From Candidatus Binatia bacterium (GTDB lineage: Bacteria > Desulfobacterota > Binatia > HRBIN30), in the NCBI GenBank assembly GCA_038245295.1, contig JBBRSP010000011.1:138658-202657 (forward strand): a stretch of DNA of 64,000 bases, read 5' to 3'. Both the position numbers and the translations under genes were made by a program. The notes beneath the pieces are model-generated. The model did no database searches. It saw only the letters and a list, made by a program, of their open reading frames with translations, and was not told where the DNA came from. The stretch's first letter is position 1; each line of letters opens with the position of its first letter. Shown here one piece after another: positions 28,956 through 40,691 of the stretch.

Positions 28956-29525
28956 ATGAGCCAACCCACCAGCGCGAAGGCGCGCAACGTGATACTTGAC
29001 GACCTGCCGTTCACCGCCCTGGGCGGCCAGCCCGCTTTCGCGCCGGGAACAATCGAACCCTTCGTGCGCCAACCACGCATCGCCGTGCTGGCCTACATTC
29101 GTGCCGACGGCCGGCCCTGTCAGGCGCCGATCTGGTACACTTATCGCGACGGCGCGTTTCACATGTCGACAGTGACCGGATCGCCGAAACATCGGGCCTT
29201 GCAGCGCGACCCGCGCGTCTGTCTCACCATCCAGGACGAGCGCCCGCCGTATCGTGCGCTGATCACCGACGGCACGGTCGAGATGGCGCCGCTCGATCCG
29301 AAAAACGACCCGACCGAGGGCATGGCGGTGCATTACTTCGGACGCATCGCCGCCGCTGAATACGAGCGCATGACGGCGGCTGAGTATGCCGAGAAGGGCA
29401 TCACAGTCGTGACTCTGCGGCCACAAACGTTGCGTGGCTTCGACAACACACGCGCCATCAACGCCGCGGTGCTGGCCTTCGTGCGCTTGCGCGACCGCCT
29501 GCCGATCCCGCGGAGCTGGCTCTAG
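28956..29525 (+). CDS. Pyridoxamine 5'-phosphate oxidase-like (PPOX class, probably F420-dependent) protein
   Basis: AVLAYIRADGRP..PIWY, K.RALQRDPRVCL. Confidence 0.82.
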   Translation: MSQPTSAKARNVILDDLPFTALGGQPAFAPGTIEPFVRQPRIAVLAYIRADGRPCQAPIWYTYRDGAFHMSTVTGSPKHRALQRDPRVCLTIQDERPPYRALITDGTVEMAPLDPKNDPTEGMAVHYFGRIAAAEYERMTAAEYAEKGITVVTLRPQTLRGFDNTRAINAAVLAFVRLRDRLPIPRSWL

Positions 29526-29541
29526 TCTCACGCGCACGAAT

Positions 29542-29661
29542 CACCGCAGAGACGCCGAGCACCGTTGCTTGTCGAACAGAGGCAGGTGACAAGAAATTAG
29601 GAAGCAAACGGCGGCGTCGAATCATCGTTCTTCTCGCGGGCTGTGCGACTCTGCGGTGAGA
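29542..29661. repeat. Inverted REP-like doublet (TCACCGCAGAG ... CTCTGCGGTGA)
   Basis: tcaccgcagagacgc near 29541 and gactctgcggtgaga near 29647. Confidence 0.55.
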
Positions 29662-30022
29662 TTCTCCGTCGGATAAACCCAGGATTTGGCTCGTTCCACC
29701 CGTCTCCAGACGCACCACGAAGCCCCAGGAGCGCCTCTCGGGGCTCAGGATGACTTACCCTACGTACGCAAACTCAACGTTTTTTGGCGATCCTTTGATG
29801 GGGGCGTTGAAAACAAAGGGGTTTTTCGACGTCGGATCGCGCGTTCGTCGGGGATACTCGCTGCTTTCCAGAATGCCTCGCCTAGAGTCCTGATAATCAA
29901 GCCGAGAGAGAAGGGAGCTAGCGTCCAGCATTACACGCGCGCAGGCAAAGCAGCGCGTCGTCGTTTCCTTCGTCGCCCGCAAGCTTGCGCTGCGGCGGCA
30001 GATCGCAGTAGACCGACGCCGC

Positions 30023-30412
30023 ATGTCGCAGGTGAAAATCTTTGGGTTACGTCGTCATCTGGATCCGCTCAAGCAGCGGCTCTCCGAGGTGCTGCATTCG
30101 TGTGTCGTCGACGCCCTGCAGTATCCCTCCGACAAGCGCTTCCATCGCTTCTTTCCGCTCGATGTCGCCGATTTCTTCTATCCCCCGGATCGCAGTGAGC
30201 GTTATACGATCATCGAGATCAGTATGTTCGAGGGTCGGACCGTGGAAGCGAAGAAGAAACTGATCCGCTTGTTGTTTGAACGCGTGCAGCGCGAGTGTGG
30301 GATCGCGCCGGGTGACCTGGAGATCACCATCTTCGAGACGCCCAAACACAATTGGGGATTTCGTGGCTTGCCAGGCGACGAACACGGGCTCAACTATAAG
30401 GTAGAGGTGTAA
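30023..30412 (+). CDS. Tautomerase superfamily protein
   Basis: IIEISMFEGRTVEAKKKL, DLEITIFETPKHNWGFRG. Confidence 0.85.
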   Translation: MSQVKIFGLRRHLDPLKQRLSEVLHSCVVDALQYPSDKRFHRFFPLDVADFFYPPDRSERYTIIEISMFEGRTVEAKKKLIRLLFERVQRECGIAPGDLEITIFETPKHNWGFRGLPGDEHGLNYKVEV

Positions 30413-30414
30413 TC

Positions 30415-30984
30415 GTGTCGCATAGGAATTTTGTCTCAGGGGTTACGGCTGTAACCAAGCATGCTTGGATCGCCCTGTTTGTTCTGCCGCTGATGGCGAT
30501 GGCGGTGCAGGCCTACGACCGTTCCACCATCGATGCCTGTGTCGACGGCGGCGGTAGCTTCGATTACCAGTTCGGCACCTGTGATTCGAAACATGCCCAT
30601 CCGGGGGCGAGCTCGACCTGTATCCAGAATCTGCCCGGGCAGTGGCGAGTCGTCGGCCATTCCTCTCCCGGCGTGGCGGCCTTAACCGAAGCGGAGGCGA
30701 AGGAGTGGGATGGCGCTGTCCTGAGCCTGCGTTCCGAACGCATCACTTTCCGCGGTGGCGACTGCGCCACGCCACGCTTTCAGACACGTGAGATCTCGGC
30801 GGACGATTTCTCCGACAACTATCGCGCCCTGCCGAGCTCGCTCGGTCTCACGAGCGCTGAGATCTGCGTCACGGAAGTTTCCTGCAATGGGCCTTGGAAC
30901 GCCCCGGGCTCGCTGCTGATCCATGGCCGCGGCCGCATGTACGCCTTCTGGGACGGTATGTTTTTCGATCTACGGCGCGAGTAG
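30415..30984 (+). CDS. Hypothetical exported Cys-containing protein
   Basis: Hydrophobic N-terminus; DACVDGGGSFDY..GTC; GQWRV..WDGMFF. Confidence 0.65.
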   Translation: MSHRNFVSGVTAVTKHAWIALFVLPLMAMAVQAYDRSTIDACVDGGGSFDYQFGTCDSKHAHPGASSTCIQNLPGQWRVVGHSSPGVAALTEAEAKEWDGAVLSLRSERITFRGGDCATPRFQTREISADDFSDNYRALPSSLGLTSAEICVTEVSCNGPWNAPGSLLIHGRGRMYAFWDGMFFDLRRE

Positions 30985-31007
30985 AGCGGTTCGCGAACCG
31001 CCCCTAC
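30981..31007. repeat. GTAG-type REP palindrome
   Basis: gtagagcggttcgcgaaccgcccctac. Confidence 0.6.
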
Positions 31008-31040
31008 GATGACCCGCTAGACCGGCTAACCGCAGCGCTC

Positions 31041-31325
31041 TCAGCGCTGCGCCGGCTTCGTCGTCGCCCGTTGGCGCAAGATCTCGTCGAGATGCTCACG
31101 CTCCTGATCGGTGAGCGCCGCATCACCGGTTTCTTCTTCTTCCTCTTCGGCCGCCGGTACGGCGGCGCCCGCGAAGTGTGGTGTCATGTCGGGTGCGCCT
31201 GGTCCCTGGATGGCTTTCCAGACGATCACACCTGCCACGGCCAGCGCCGCGCTGGTGAGCGCGAACGACGTCCAGAAGATCACCTTCTCCGGGCCTGACG
31301 TGGGGTGCTTGTTGCGGCTCGCCAT
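31041..31325 (-). CDS. Small single-TM hypothetical protein with an acidic tract
   Basis: One TM helix, EEEEEE; co-oriented at the end of the operon. Confidence 0.6.
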   Translation of the reverse strand: MASRNKHPTSGPEKVIFWTSFALTSAALAVAGVIVWKAIQGPGAPDMTPHFAGAAVPAAEEEEEETGDAALTDQEREHLDEILRQRATTKPAQR

Positions 31326-31344
31326 GGTGTTGCCGTCCGACCCT

Positions 31345-32553
31345 TCACTGCCGCTGCGGTGACGTCAGACGCGCTGCGGGGTAATGGCCGCGCATCCAGG
31401 CCCCGAGTGCCGACCAGCCGCTGCCTTTGTCCCACCCATCAATCCCGTTGTACCAGCGGATGCCGATCTCCTGCGCTTGCGGGCTATTCGCCGCAATGCC
31501 GAACCACAAACGCCACGCACGGCCGTAGAAGAGCGACGTCGTGAGCTCGAGGCGGCGTAGTTTCTTACCCATCCACGACGAATCGATCTGTCGTTCGTAG
31601 TCGGCCGCCGGTTGGCGGAAGTCGCGCGCCTGAAAACAGGCCTGAGCCGCGGCGGCGGCACGGATGCCGTACTCGAGAGCATACGAGATGCCCTCGCCCA
31701 TGAGCGGATCGACACCCGCCGCATCACCGGCCAGCAGCACATTCGGCGCCGCGATGCGCACGCCGCGACCGTACCAGCGGATGGGAAACGATTTGATCGG
31801 GGTAGGGGAGGCCCCCGCCCGCTCGAGCTCTTCCTTCAAGAGACGATACAGCAACGGCCCGGCTTCCGCGGCGACGACGCTATAGACGCCGACATTGGCG
31901 TGCGGAACTCCATCGATCAGGCAAGGGAACCACCACAGGTAACCCCGCAGGCCCTGTGGCACGGCGCGGAAATCGAAGTCGTAGCGTTTCGCCGCAAAGC
32001 CGTCCCACCGCGTGCCGCTGATCGGCACATCACACATAATGGCTTTGCCGACGCAGTCGCGGCCCTCGGTGACCAGGCTACGGCGGACCAGACTACCCGA
32101 TCCGTCGGCGCCGATGATCAATGGCGCGCTGTAGGACCCGGCCTCGGTTTCGACGCGTACGCCGTCGGCGTCGCGGACGATCTCGACGACCTTCTCCTCC
32201 TCCTGGATCCGGATGCCGCGTTGACGACAGGCGGCAACCAGCGACGCATCGAACTCGTCGCGTCGAATCACACGGCAAAGATCGTCATCACGATATTCGA
32301 CGGTGCGCCCGGGGATCTCGACACGGCTGCAATTGGCCACGGCATTCGGCACCGACAGAGGCACGTCGAGCTTCCGCAAGCAATCGAGTGCATGTGGAAT
32401 AAGGCCGCCGGCGCAGACCTTGGGCCGCGGATGGCGGGCTTTTTCAATCACCACCATATCGCGTGCCAGGGCCGGATCACGTCGTGCCAGCTCAAGCGCC
32501 GTCGCGGTACCGGCGGGGCCGGAGCCGATGATGATGACCGAGTGTCGTTGCAT
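31345..32553 (-). CDS. FAD-dependent oxidoreductase, geranylgeranyl reductase family
   Basis: GSGPAG, RPKVCAGG, GADGSGS, GDAAG.DPL.GEGI. Confidence 0.88.
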   Translation of the reverse strand: MQRHSVIIIGSGPAGTATALELARRDPALARDMVVIEKARHPRPKVCAGGLIPHALDCLRKLDVPLSVPNAVANCSRVEIPGRTVEYRDDDLCRVIRRDEFDASLVAACRQRGIRIQEEEKVVEIVRDADGVRVETEAGSYSAPLIIGADGSGSLVRRSLVTEGRDCVGKAIMCDVPISGTRWDGFAAKRYDFDFRAVPQGLRGYLWWFPCLIDGVPHANVGVYSVVAAEAGPLLYRLLKEELERAGASPTPIKSFPIRWYGRGVRIAAPNVLLAGDAAGVDPLMGEGISYALEYGIRAAAAAQACFQARDFRQPAADYERQIDSSWMGKKLRRLELTTSLFYGRAWRLWFGIAANSPQAQEIGIRWYNGIDGWDKGSGWSALGAWMRGHYPAARLTSPQRQ

Positions 32554-32559
32554 GCGTGG

Positions 32560-32967
32560 CTAGTCGCCCCGCGAATGGATGTTGGCGCGCACCCAGGCGA
32601 CGATGTCGTCGGCCGTCGCGCCCGGGGTGAACACTTCTTTGACTCCAAGGCGTTTCAGCTCGGGCAAATCGTCAGGAGGAATGATGCCGCCGCCGAAGAT
32701 CGCCACGTCCTCGATGCCGCGTTTCTTGAGCTCGTCGATCACGTCTGGAAACAAGGTCATGTGGGCGCCCGACAAAATGCTCAGGCCGATCGCATCCACA
32801 TCTTCCTGCTCGGCTGCGGCGGCGATCATCTCGGGTGTCTGATGCAACCCTGTATAGATCACCTCGAAGCCGGCATCGCGCAGCATGCGAGCGATGATCT
32901 TGGCGCCGCGGTCGTGACCGTCGAGGCCGGGTTTGGCGACCAGAATGCGCAGCGGACGTAGGCTCAC
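32560..32967 (-). CDS. Acyl-CoA mutase small, B12-binding subunit (IcmB-like)
   Basis: [10 protein letters not shown] (DxHxxG), SILSGAH, GGIIP. Confidence 0.93.
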   Translation of the reverse strand: MSLRPLRILVAKPGLDGHDRGAKIIARMLRDAGFEVIYTGLHQTPEMIAAAAEQEDVDAIGLSILSGAHMTLFPDVIDELKKRGIEDVAIFGGGIIPPDDLPELKRLGVKEVFTPGATADDIVAWVRANIHSRGD

Positions 32968-32977
32968 TCGCAGCTCC

Positions 32978-34618
<1,641 letters not shown>

Positions 34619-34653
34619 CGCGACTCGCCCTCGCTTCCGTACTTTGTCTTGCG

Positions 34654-35436
34654 TTACTTGCCCTGGAACTGCGCCGGTCGCTTCTCCAGAAAGGCGCGCA
34701 TGCCCTCGGCGCGATCCGCCGTCGAAAATGTCACACCAAACGCCTCGGCTTCGAAGCGACAGCCATCTTCGAGATCGATGTCCGTGCCGACGTTGATGGC
34801 ATTCTTGGCCTCTTGCAGCGCGACGCGCGGCTTGGCTGCCAGGTGGGCGGCCAGCTTGCGTGTTTCGTCGCGCAATGCCGCGGTCTCGACGACGCGGTCG
34901 ATCAACCCGAGGCGCAACGCTTCGTCGGTGCCGATCATGTCGCCACCATAAATCAGCAGACGGGCGGCGCCGACGCCGACACGCCGAGCCAGGCGTTGTG
35001 TGCCGCCGAAACCGGGGAGGATACCGAGGTTGATTTCAGGCTGGCCGAATTTTGCCGACTGTGCCGCAACGATGATGTCGCAGGCCATGGCCAACTCGAG
35101 GCCGCCGCCGAGAGCAAAGCCGTTGACTGCCGCGATCACCGGAACCGGCAGGTCTTCGAAGCTGCGCATGACGCGTTGCCCGACCCGCGCGAAGTATTTC
35201 GCTTCGACCGCGGTCATCGATTGCATCGCGGCAATGTCGGCACCGGCGACGAAGGCACGTTCGCCGGCACCGGTAAGGATCACGCAGCCAATCTCGGCCG
35301 TGCTCGCGGCGTGGTCGGCGAACTTCTGCAACTCGGCGAGGGTCGCCGGGTTAAGCGCATTGAGGGCTTTGGGGCGATTGATGGTGACGGTCGCGATGGG
35401 ACCGTCCTGCTCGACCAGAAGGTTTTCGTAGCTCAA
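34654..35436 (-). CDS. Enoyl-CoA hydratase (crotonase, Crt-like)
   Basis: [50 protein letters not shown] start after GAGG. Confidence 0.92.
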   Translation of the reverse strand: MSYENLLVEQDGPIATVTINRPKALNALNPATLAELQKFADHAASTAEIGCVILTGAGERAFVAGADIAAMQSMTAVEAKYFARVGQRVMRSFEDLPVPVIAAVNGFALGGGLELAMACDIIVAAQSAKFGQPEINLGILPGFGGTQRLARRVGVGAARLLIYGGDMIGTDEALRLGLIDRVVETAALRDETRKLAAHLAAKPRVALQEAKNAINVGTDIDLEDGCRFEAEAFGVTFSTADRAEGMRAFLEKRPAQFQGK

Positions 35437-35444
35437 GGTCAACC

Positions 35445-36398
35445 TCAGTATTCGGGTTTCAAGTCGAAGCGATGCGTCGCTTCGATGAAACGTATCGTGT
35501 GAGTGCGCGAGCGCATGACGATCGAGCTCGACATGGCTCCGCCCTTGAAGAAGCGCACGCCGCGCGCCAGGTCGCCACCGGTTACGCCGGTGGCTGCAAA
35601 CATCACGCTGCCGGAGGCCATGTCTTCGAGCGTGAGTTTGCGCGTCGTGTCGCCGAGCCCGACGGCAGTGCATTGTTCGGCTTCTTGCTCCGTGCGCGGC
35701 CGCAGTCGGGCCTGCATATCGCCGCCTGTGCAGCGAATGGCCGCGGCGGTGAGGATTCCTTGCGGCGCGCCGCCTACACCCATCAGCATGTCGATACCGG
35801 CATGGGGAATAGCGGTGGCGATACCGGCCGCGGCGTCGCCGTCAGCGAGCAATTTGATACGGGCACCGGCTTTGCGGACTTCAGCGACCAGCTTGTCATG
35901 GCGCGGGCGATCGAGAACGGCGACGGTCAGGTCGGCGACATAGACGCCCTTTGCCTCGGCCAAGGCGCGCAGATTCTCGGTCGGCGATTTTTCCAGATCG
36001 ATGACGCCACGACCGTCCGGTCCGGCGACGATCTTTTCCATGTAGGTGTCGGGGCAACGAAGGAAGCCGCCGCGTGCCGCAAAGGCGATGATCGACAACG
36101 CGTTGGCACCGCCGGTGGCGCAGATGCTGGCACCTTCCAGGGGATCGAGGGCGACATCGATGTCGGGCCCCTCGCCGCTGCCCACCTGTTCGCCGGTGTA
36201 GAGAACTTCACTCGTGCCGGGCGCGCCTTCGCCGACGACAACGGTGCCGGTGATGGCGATCGAGCGGATCGCCTTGCGCATCGCTTCGGCGGCGGCGCGG
36301 TCGGTCGCGGCGACGTCGCCTCGTCCCATCAATCGGGCAGCAGCCAGGGCAGCCGCTTCAGTTACGCGAACAGCTTCGAGCGCCAGGTTTCGATCCAT
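35445..36398 (-). CDS. glpX: Class II fructose-1,6-bisphosphatase
   Basis: MDRNLALEAVRVTEAAA, DPLEG, YMEK, LDRPRH, FAATGVT. Confidence 0.93.
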   Translation of the reverse strand: MDRNLALEAVRVTEAAALAAARLMGRGDVAATDRAAAEAMRKAIRSIAITGTVVVGEGAPGTSEVLYTGEQVGSGEGPDIDVALDPLEGASICATGGANALSIIAFAARGGFLRCPDTYMEKIVAGPDGRGVIDLEKSPTENLRALAEAKGVYVADLTVAVLDRPRHDKLVAEVRKAGARIKLLADGDAAAGIATAIPHAGIDMLMGVGGAPQGILTAAAIRCTGGDMQARLRPRTEQEAEQCTAVGLGDTTRKLTLEDMASGSVMFAATGVTGGDLARGVRFFKGGAMSSSIVMRSRTHTIRFIEATHRFDLKPEY

Positions 36399-36518
36399 AC
36401 TCAAACCTTACTTAGAGGAGGGCTTCGTAACAAGTTCAGAGTCGCAAATCACAAGCCCACGCGCCGTATTCCCATTCGCGGGAGACGGGCCCGAATACAG
36501 ATGCCGGGCCAATCGTGG

Positions 36519-36571
36519 GAGCGGCGGTAAGTCTCCGGAGGTGTCGTTCCGTCGGAGACTTGCCGCCGCTC
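36519..36571. terminator. Long hairpin (18/19-bp stem) downstream of the 36601-39228 gene
   Basis: gagcggcggtaagtctccg ... cggagacttgccgccgctc; no clear U-tract. Confidence 0.5.
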
Positions 36572-36600
36572 GTTCTCTTAACGTCAAACTTCGGGGGCTG

Positions 36601-39228
36601 CTAGCGGGTCGGGCACCCGTTGAGTGCGGCGTTCACAGCGCCGATGATTTCATCGATGGTGATCTCGCCGTCACCGTTGCCGTCGCCCGGCGGACAACCC
36701 GACGTCGGGCCGTTGCCGAGGGCGATGTTCACCATGAGGATCAACTCGTCGACCGTGACTTCCCCATCCAGGTGACAATCGCCGACGCATTTTGGCGCCG
36801 CCGTTGTCGGCGAGGCGGTTACCGTTGCCGAGGCCGTGGCAGACGCCGTTGCTGAGGCCGACCGCGTCGCCGTCGGGCTCGGCGTGAAGGTCGCCGAAGA
36901 TACCGTCGTTGCTGTTGCCGAGGGCACCAGCGTTGCGGTTGGGGTTGCTGTGCTCGACGGTGGCGGCAGGGTCGCCGTTGGCGACGGTACAAACGTCGTC
37001 GGTGTCGTGGACGGCGGTGGCGGTGTGACGGTGAGCGATGGCGTGCTGGTCCCGGTCGGCGTCACCGTTGCTACGGCGGTGGCCGTGATCGAACGTGTCG
37101 ACGTTGGTGTCGGGTCTTGCGCCACCGTCGGGGTTGGCGAGCTCTTGGGTGTTTCCGACGGTGTCGGGGTCACGGTGAATGTCGAGGTTGGACTCGCGGT
37201 GTTCGTCACGCTCGGAGTATTCGATGCCGTCGGCGTCAGGGTCGGCGTGAGGGACGGAGGCAAGGTACCCGTCACGGTGCGTGTCGACGTCCCGGTTTGC
37301 GTGGGGGTATGAGTCACGGTGCTTGTGTTCGTCGCACTGGGGCTCGGCGAGTTGGTGAGGGTGCTGGTAGATGAGGGGGTCGGTGTGCTTGTGCGGGTTG
37401 CCGTGTTGCTCGGTGACGCCGTCTGGGTGATGGTTGGCGTTGGTGTGCAGATCGCCACCGGTCCACACCCGAGCACGGGATCGCAGGTTGTGTTGCAGGC
37501 AACACCGGCGCCGCACGTCTCGGTCTTACAGAAGCGCGAGCAGCCGTCGCAGTTGGCCATGTTACCGCCGTCGCACGTTTCCGGATACTCGACGACGTTG
37601 TTGCCGCAGACCGGGCAGGGAATTAGACAACCGCTTAACATATCGGGTGTGCAGGCCGGCATTCCCGTCGCCACGAGGGGTGGTTGAAAGGCGCCGGCCT
37701 TGATGGTCGGGCTGGTGCCGTTCTTGAAGGTCAGAAGGTTGATCCCGTCGGCGCCGCCGGATCCTTCGCCGAGGGCGTTGAGGCTACCCTGGACGTTGAC
37801 CAGTTCGCGCGCCGTCAGCTGAATTTCGCCGCCGGTGCCGGGGGCGCGGGCAAAAAACACGGCGGCCGGCTGGATGTTGATATTGCAGGCGGTGAGGTCG
37901 ACGCTGCCGGCGTCGCCACAGCCGTCGATGCCGCAGGGGCCGCCGCCGACGTTCATGCCGCCGGTGATGTTGAGATTGCCGAACGCTTCGAAGCCGGCTT
38001 CGACCGTGATGTCACCGCCGATACCTGTCGCAAAGAATCCCTTCGACGTGAACGTGCCGCCGATGTTGATGTTGCTGCTGGCCGCCAGGTCGATGCTGCC
38101 GCCCGAGACACCGCCGTCGGCGCTGAGGTCGCCGTTGATCGTTGCGGACAGCCCGGCTTGCAGATCGATCGTGCCGCCGGCGCCGTCGGCGCCGCCGGTG
38201 TCGACAGACATCGTCGTTCCGCTCGCGACGGTGAAGTCGCCGGCGCCTTGCATGTCGATTTCGCCGCCGTCACCGTCCGGACCGACTCCTTCGGCGAAGA
38301 TACTCGCGTTCATCACAATGCTGCCGCCGAGTGCGTCGACCGCGAGGGTACCACCCTCGCCGCCGGCGGTGGGGTTCAGGTCACTGCCCCGGAGGAGGAC
38401 CTGAGCGAGAATCTGTACGCCTTTGTTGGCGGTGATGGTAATCGATGCGGCTGTACCGGCATCCCCGGTGGCGTTGCCGCGTAGGCCGCGTGTGATGATG
38501 TCGGTGCCGGCTGAGAGATCGATGGTGCCGCCGTTGTTTCCGGTGACGTCAACGAAGTCGCCGAGGTCGAGCTTGCCGCCGGCGTCAATATCGATCTGGC
38601 CGCCGCCGGCTGCCGAAGTGGCGCCGCCGGTGGCCGAGATGTCGCTGCCGATGCCGCTGATGAAGTCCTGGGCTGCGGCGATGATCACCTTGCCGCCGCT
38701 GCTGGCGGTGACGAGTTGATCGGCGTTGAGGGTGCCGTTGATGGTGACGGTACCGCCCGAACTGATATCGATCGTCCCCGCTTGCAGGTTGGCGGAGACG
38801 TCGATGCCGGCACGCGTGGCGCCGGACTTCTGCAGCGTCACGGGACCCGTGGTGACGATCTTTACGCTGCCGCCCTTGTTGGTCGGGGCCGTATTGCCAG
38901 TGCCGCGTCCGTCGATCGAGGGCCCCAGCCGGGGTGCGATCGTCAGGGCTCCGGCTTTTAGCGTCATACTCCCCGAGCCGATGGTCAAACGGCCGGCGGC
39001 CGCGATTGTCACGGCGCGGGTTCCGAAGTCGAGGATACAGCCGTCACCGATGGTGTAGGTCTTGGTGATGGTACAGGCTCCCGCGGCGGGGCAACCGGCG
39101 CCCTCCTGGGTGGAAATGTTGGCGGCGGTGCATGCCGTCTGTGCCTGTCCTGTCCGCGGCGACAAGGTGAGCGCCGCGGCGAATAGAGCGAGACCGATGA
39201 CGACGATTGATGGTGTTGTTTTGATCAT
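36601..39228 (-). CDS. Large secreted surface protein (paralog of 23118-25967) with PT stalk and C-terminal dockerin-like domain
   Basis: Signal peptide; TACTAA..GCPA.G.CTI.KT; CGNNVVEYPETCDGGN; ~200-aa S/T/P tract; CVGDCHLDGEVTVDELILMVNIALG..GDGNGDGEITIDEII. Confidence 0.88.
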   Translation of the reverse strand: MIKTTPSIVVIGLALFAAALTLSPRTGQAQTACTAANISTQEGAGCPAAGACTITKTYTIGDGCILDFGTRAVTIAAAGRLTIGSGSMTLKAGALTIAPRLGPSIDGRGTGNTAPTNKGGSVKIVTTGPVTLQKSGATRAGIDVSANLQAGTIDISSGGTVTINGTLNADQLVTASSGGKVIIAAAQDFISGIGSDISATGGATSAAGGGQIDIDAGGKLDLGDFVDVTGNNGGTIDLSAGTDIITRGLRGNATGDAGTAASITITANKGVQILAQVLLRGSDLNPTAGGEGGTLAVDALGGSIVMNASIFAEGVGPDGDGGEIDMQGAGDFTVASGTTMSVDTGGADGAGGTIDLQAGLSATINGDLSADGGVSGGSIDLAASSNINIGGTFTSKGFFATGIGGDITVEAGFEAFGNLNITGGMNVGGGPCGIDGCGDAGSVDLTACNINIQPAAVFFARAPGTGGEIQLTARELVNVQGSLNALGEGSGGADGINLLTFKNGTSPTIKAGAFQPPLVATGMPACTPDMLSGCLIPCPVCGNNVVEYPETCDGGNMANCDGCSRFCKTETCGAGVACNTTCDPVLGCGPVAICTPTPTITQTASPSNTATRTSTPTPSSTSTLTNSPSPSATNTSTVTHTPTQTGTSTRTVTGTLPPSLTPTLTPTASNTPSVTNTASPTSTFTVTPTPSETPKSSPTPTVAQDPTPTSTRSITATAVATVTPTGTSTPSLTVTPPPPSTTPTTFVPSPTATLPPPSSTATPTATLVPSATATTVSSATFTPSPTATRSASATASATASATVTASPTTAAPKCVGDCHLDGEVTVDELILMVNIALGNGPTSGCPPGDGNGDGEITIDEIIGAVNAALNGCPTR

Positions 39229-40538
39229 GATCCCAGTCCATTCTCGATGCGGATGAGCGCTGACTTCGTGCGCACCGAGGCAAATCGATCGATCACCTTC
39301 AACGCTCGCCGAAGGTTTCGTTCACGCGCCTCGTGCGTGCGAATGACGATCGGAACCGCCGCCCCCGACTCGCGTTCTTGTTGAATCACCGATGCGATTG
39401 AAATGTCGTGCCGTCCCAAGATTCCGGCGATCTTTGCCAGAACACCCGGGCGGTCCACAACCATAAAACGCAGATAGTACTCCGTGAGGAGATCCTCCAT
39501 GGGGCGCACGGTTACCTCAGTCTGCTGCGCGATGGGATAGCCGAGGGGAGCAATTCGACCACGGCAACCGAGAACAATATTGCGCGCCGCTTCCATCACG
39601 TCGGCCACCACCGCGGTGGCCGTCGGCATCATGCCGGCACCCGAGCCGAAATACATGCTTGGCCCCAGCGCCTCGCCGCCGACGGCGATGGCGTTGAACG
39701 CACCGTTGACGTCGGCCAGCAGGTGTTTGCGCGGCACCATCGTCGGGTGGACGCGCGCCTCGATGCGACGGCCGTGGCGTTTGGCAATGGCGAGCAACTT
39801 GATCACGTAACCGAACTCGTGCGCAAACCGGATGTCGAGTTGGGTGATTGGGCGAATGCCTTCGACGGTGAGGTCGTCGAAATCGACACGCGCGCCAAAG
39901 GCGAGTTGGATCAGCAGCGTGAGTTTGTGGGCGGCGTCGATGCCGTCGACGTCGAACGTCGGGTCGGCTTCGGCCAGTCCTTGTTTCTGTGCCTCGCCTA
40001 GTACGGCGTCGAACTCGCCGCCCTGCTGGGCCATCGTGCTGAGAATGTAGTTGGATGTGCCGTTGACGATTCCATAGATGGCGGTGTTGCGATCGCTGCC
40101 CAGCGCGTCGCGCAGGGTGCGGATGATCGGGATGCCACCACCGACGCTGGCTTCGAAGCCGACGTCGACGCCGGCAGCCTCGGCGGCGGCGAACACTTCG
40201 CGTCCGTGCACCGCCAGCATCGCCTTGTTCGCGGTGACGAGGCTTTTGCCCGCTGCGATGGCGCGCAGCGCGAAACGGCGCGCCGTATCGTACCCACCCA
40301 TGAGTTCGACGACGATATCGATCGTCGGGTCCGCAAGCAGGTTCCCGGCGTCCGGAATGAGTACACCCGGGGCCAGCTTGATGCCGCGATCACGCTTCGT
40401 GTCGATGTCGGCGATACGGGCGACGCGCACGCGCGCCCCGACTCGATCGCGGATCTGGGTCGCGTTCTGTTGCAGCAATTTGGCGACACCCGTACCGATG
40501 GTGCCGAAGCCGATGAGTCCAACGTTGACGTCACGCAC
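39225..40538 (-). CDS. hom: Homoserine dehydrogenase with C-terminal ACT domain
   Basis: GFGTIG, VTANKA, EASVGGGIP, NGTSNYIL, AEADP..DVDG.DAAHK, DRPGVLA. Confidence 0.95.
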   Translation of the reverse strand: MRDVNVGLIGFGTIGTGVAKLLQQNATQIRDRVGARVRVARIADIDTKRDRGIKLAPGVLIPDAGNLLADPTIDIVVELMGGYDTARRFALRAIAAGKSLVTANKAMLAVHGREVFAAAEAAGVDVGFEASVGGGIPIIRTLRDALGSDRNTAIYGIVNGTSNYILSTMAQQGGEFDAVLGEAQKQGLAEADPTFDVDGIDAAHKLTLLIQLAFGARVDFDDLTVEGIRPITQLDIRFAHEFGYVIKLLAIAKRHGRRIEARVHPTMVPRKHLLADVNGAFNAIAVGGEALGPSMYFGSGAGMMPTATAVVADVMEAARNIVLGCRGRIAPLGYPIAQQTEVTVRPMEDLLTEYYLRFMVVDRPGVLAKIAGILGRHDISIASVIQQERESGAAVPIVIRTHEARERNLRRALKVIDRFASVRTKSALIRIENGLGS

Positions 40539-40691
40539 AATATTTCTCCGGGGTAGAGATGGGATCCATTTCAGGTTGCGCCTCGTGTTCCACGGGCTGA
40601 CGACTAGCGCCCCCGGCGGTCAAACGAGTGCGCACCATAAAGGATCGACCACGGTGACGCAAATTCCGATGACGGCGGCTCACGGATGATT

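Noticed and set aside
29885..29912. dif-like site (agtcctgataa)
   Set aside because: No XerD arm (TTATG..AA) after the 6-bp spacer
30023..30412. Tautomerase lacking the catalytic Pro1
   Set aside because: Non-Pro1 members of this subfamily are common, so it is not evidence of a pseudogene
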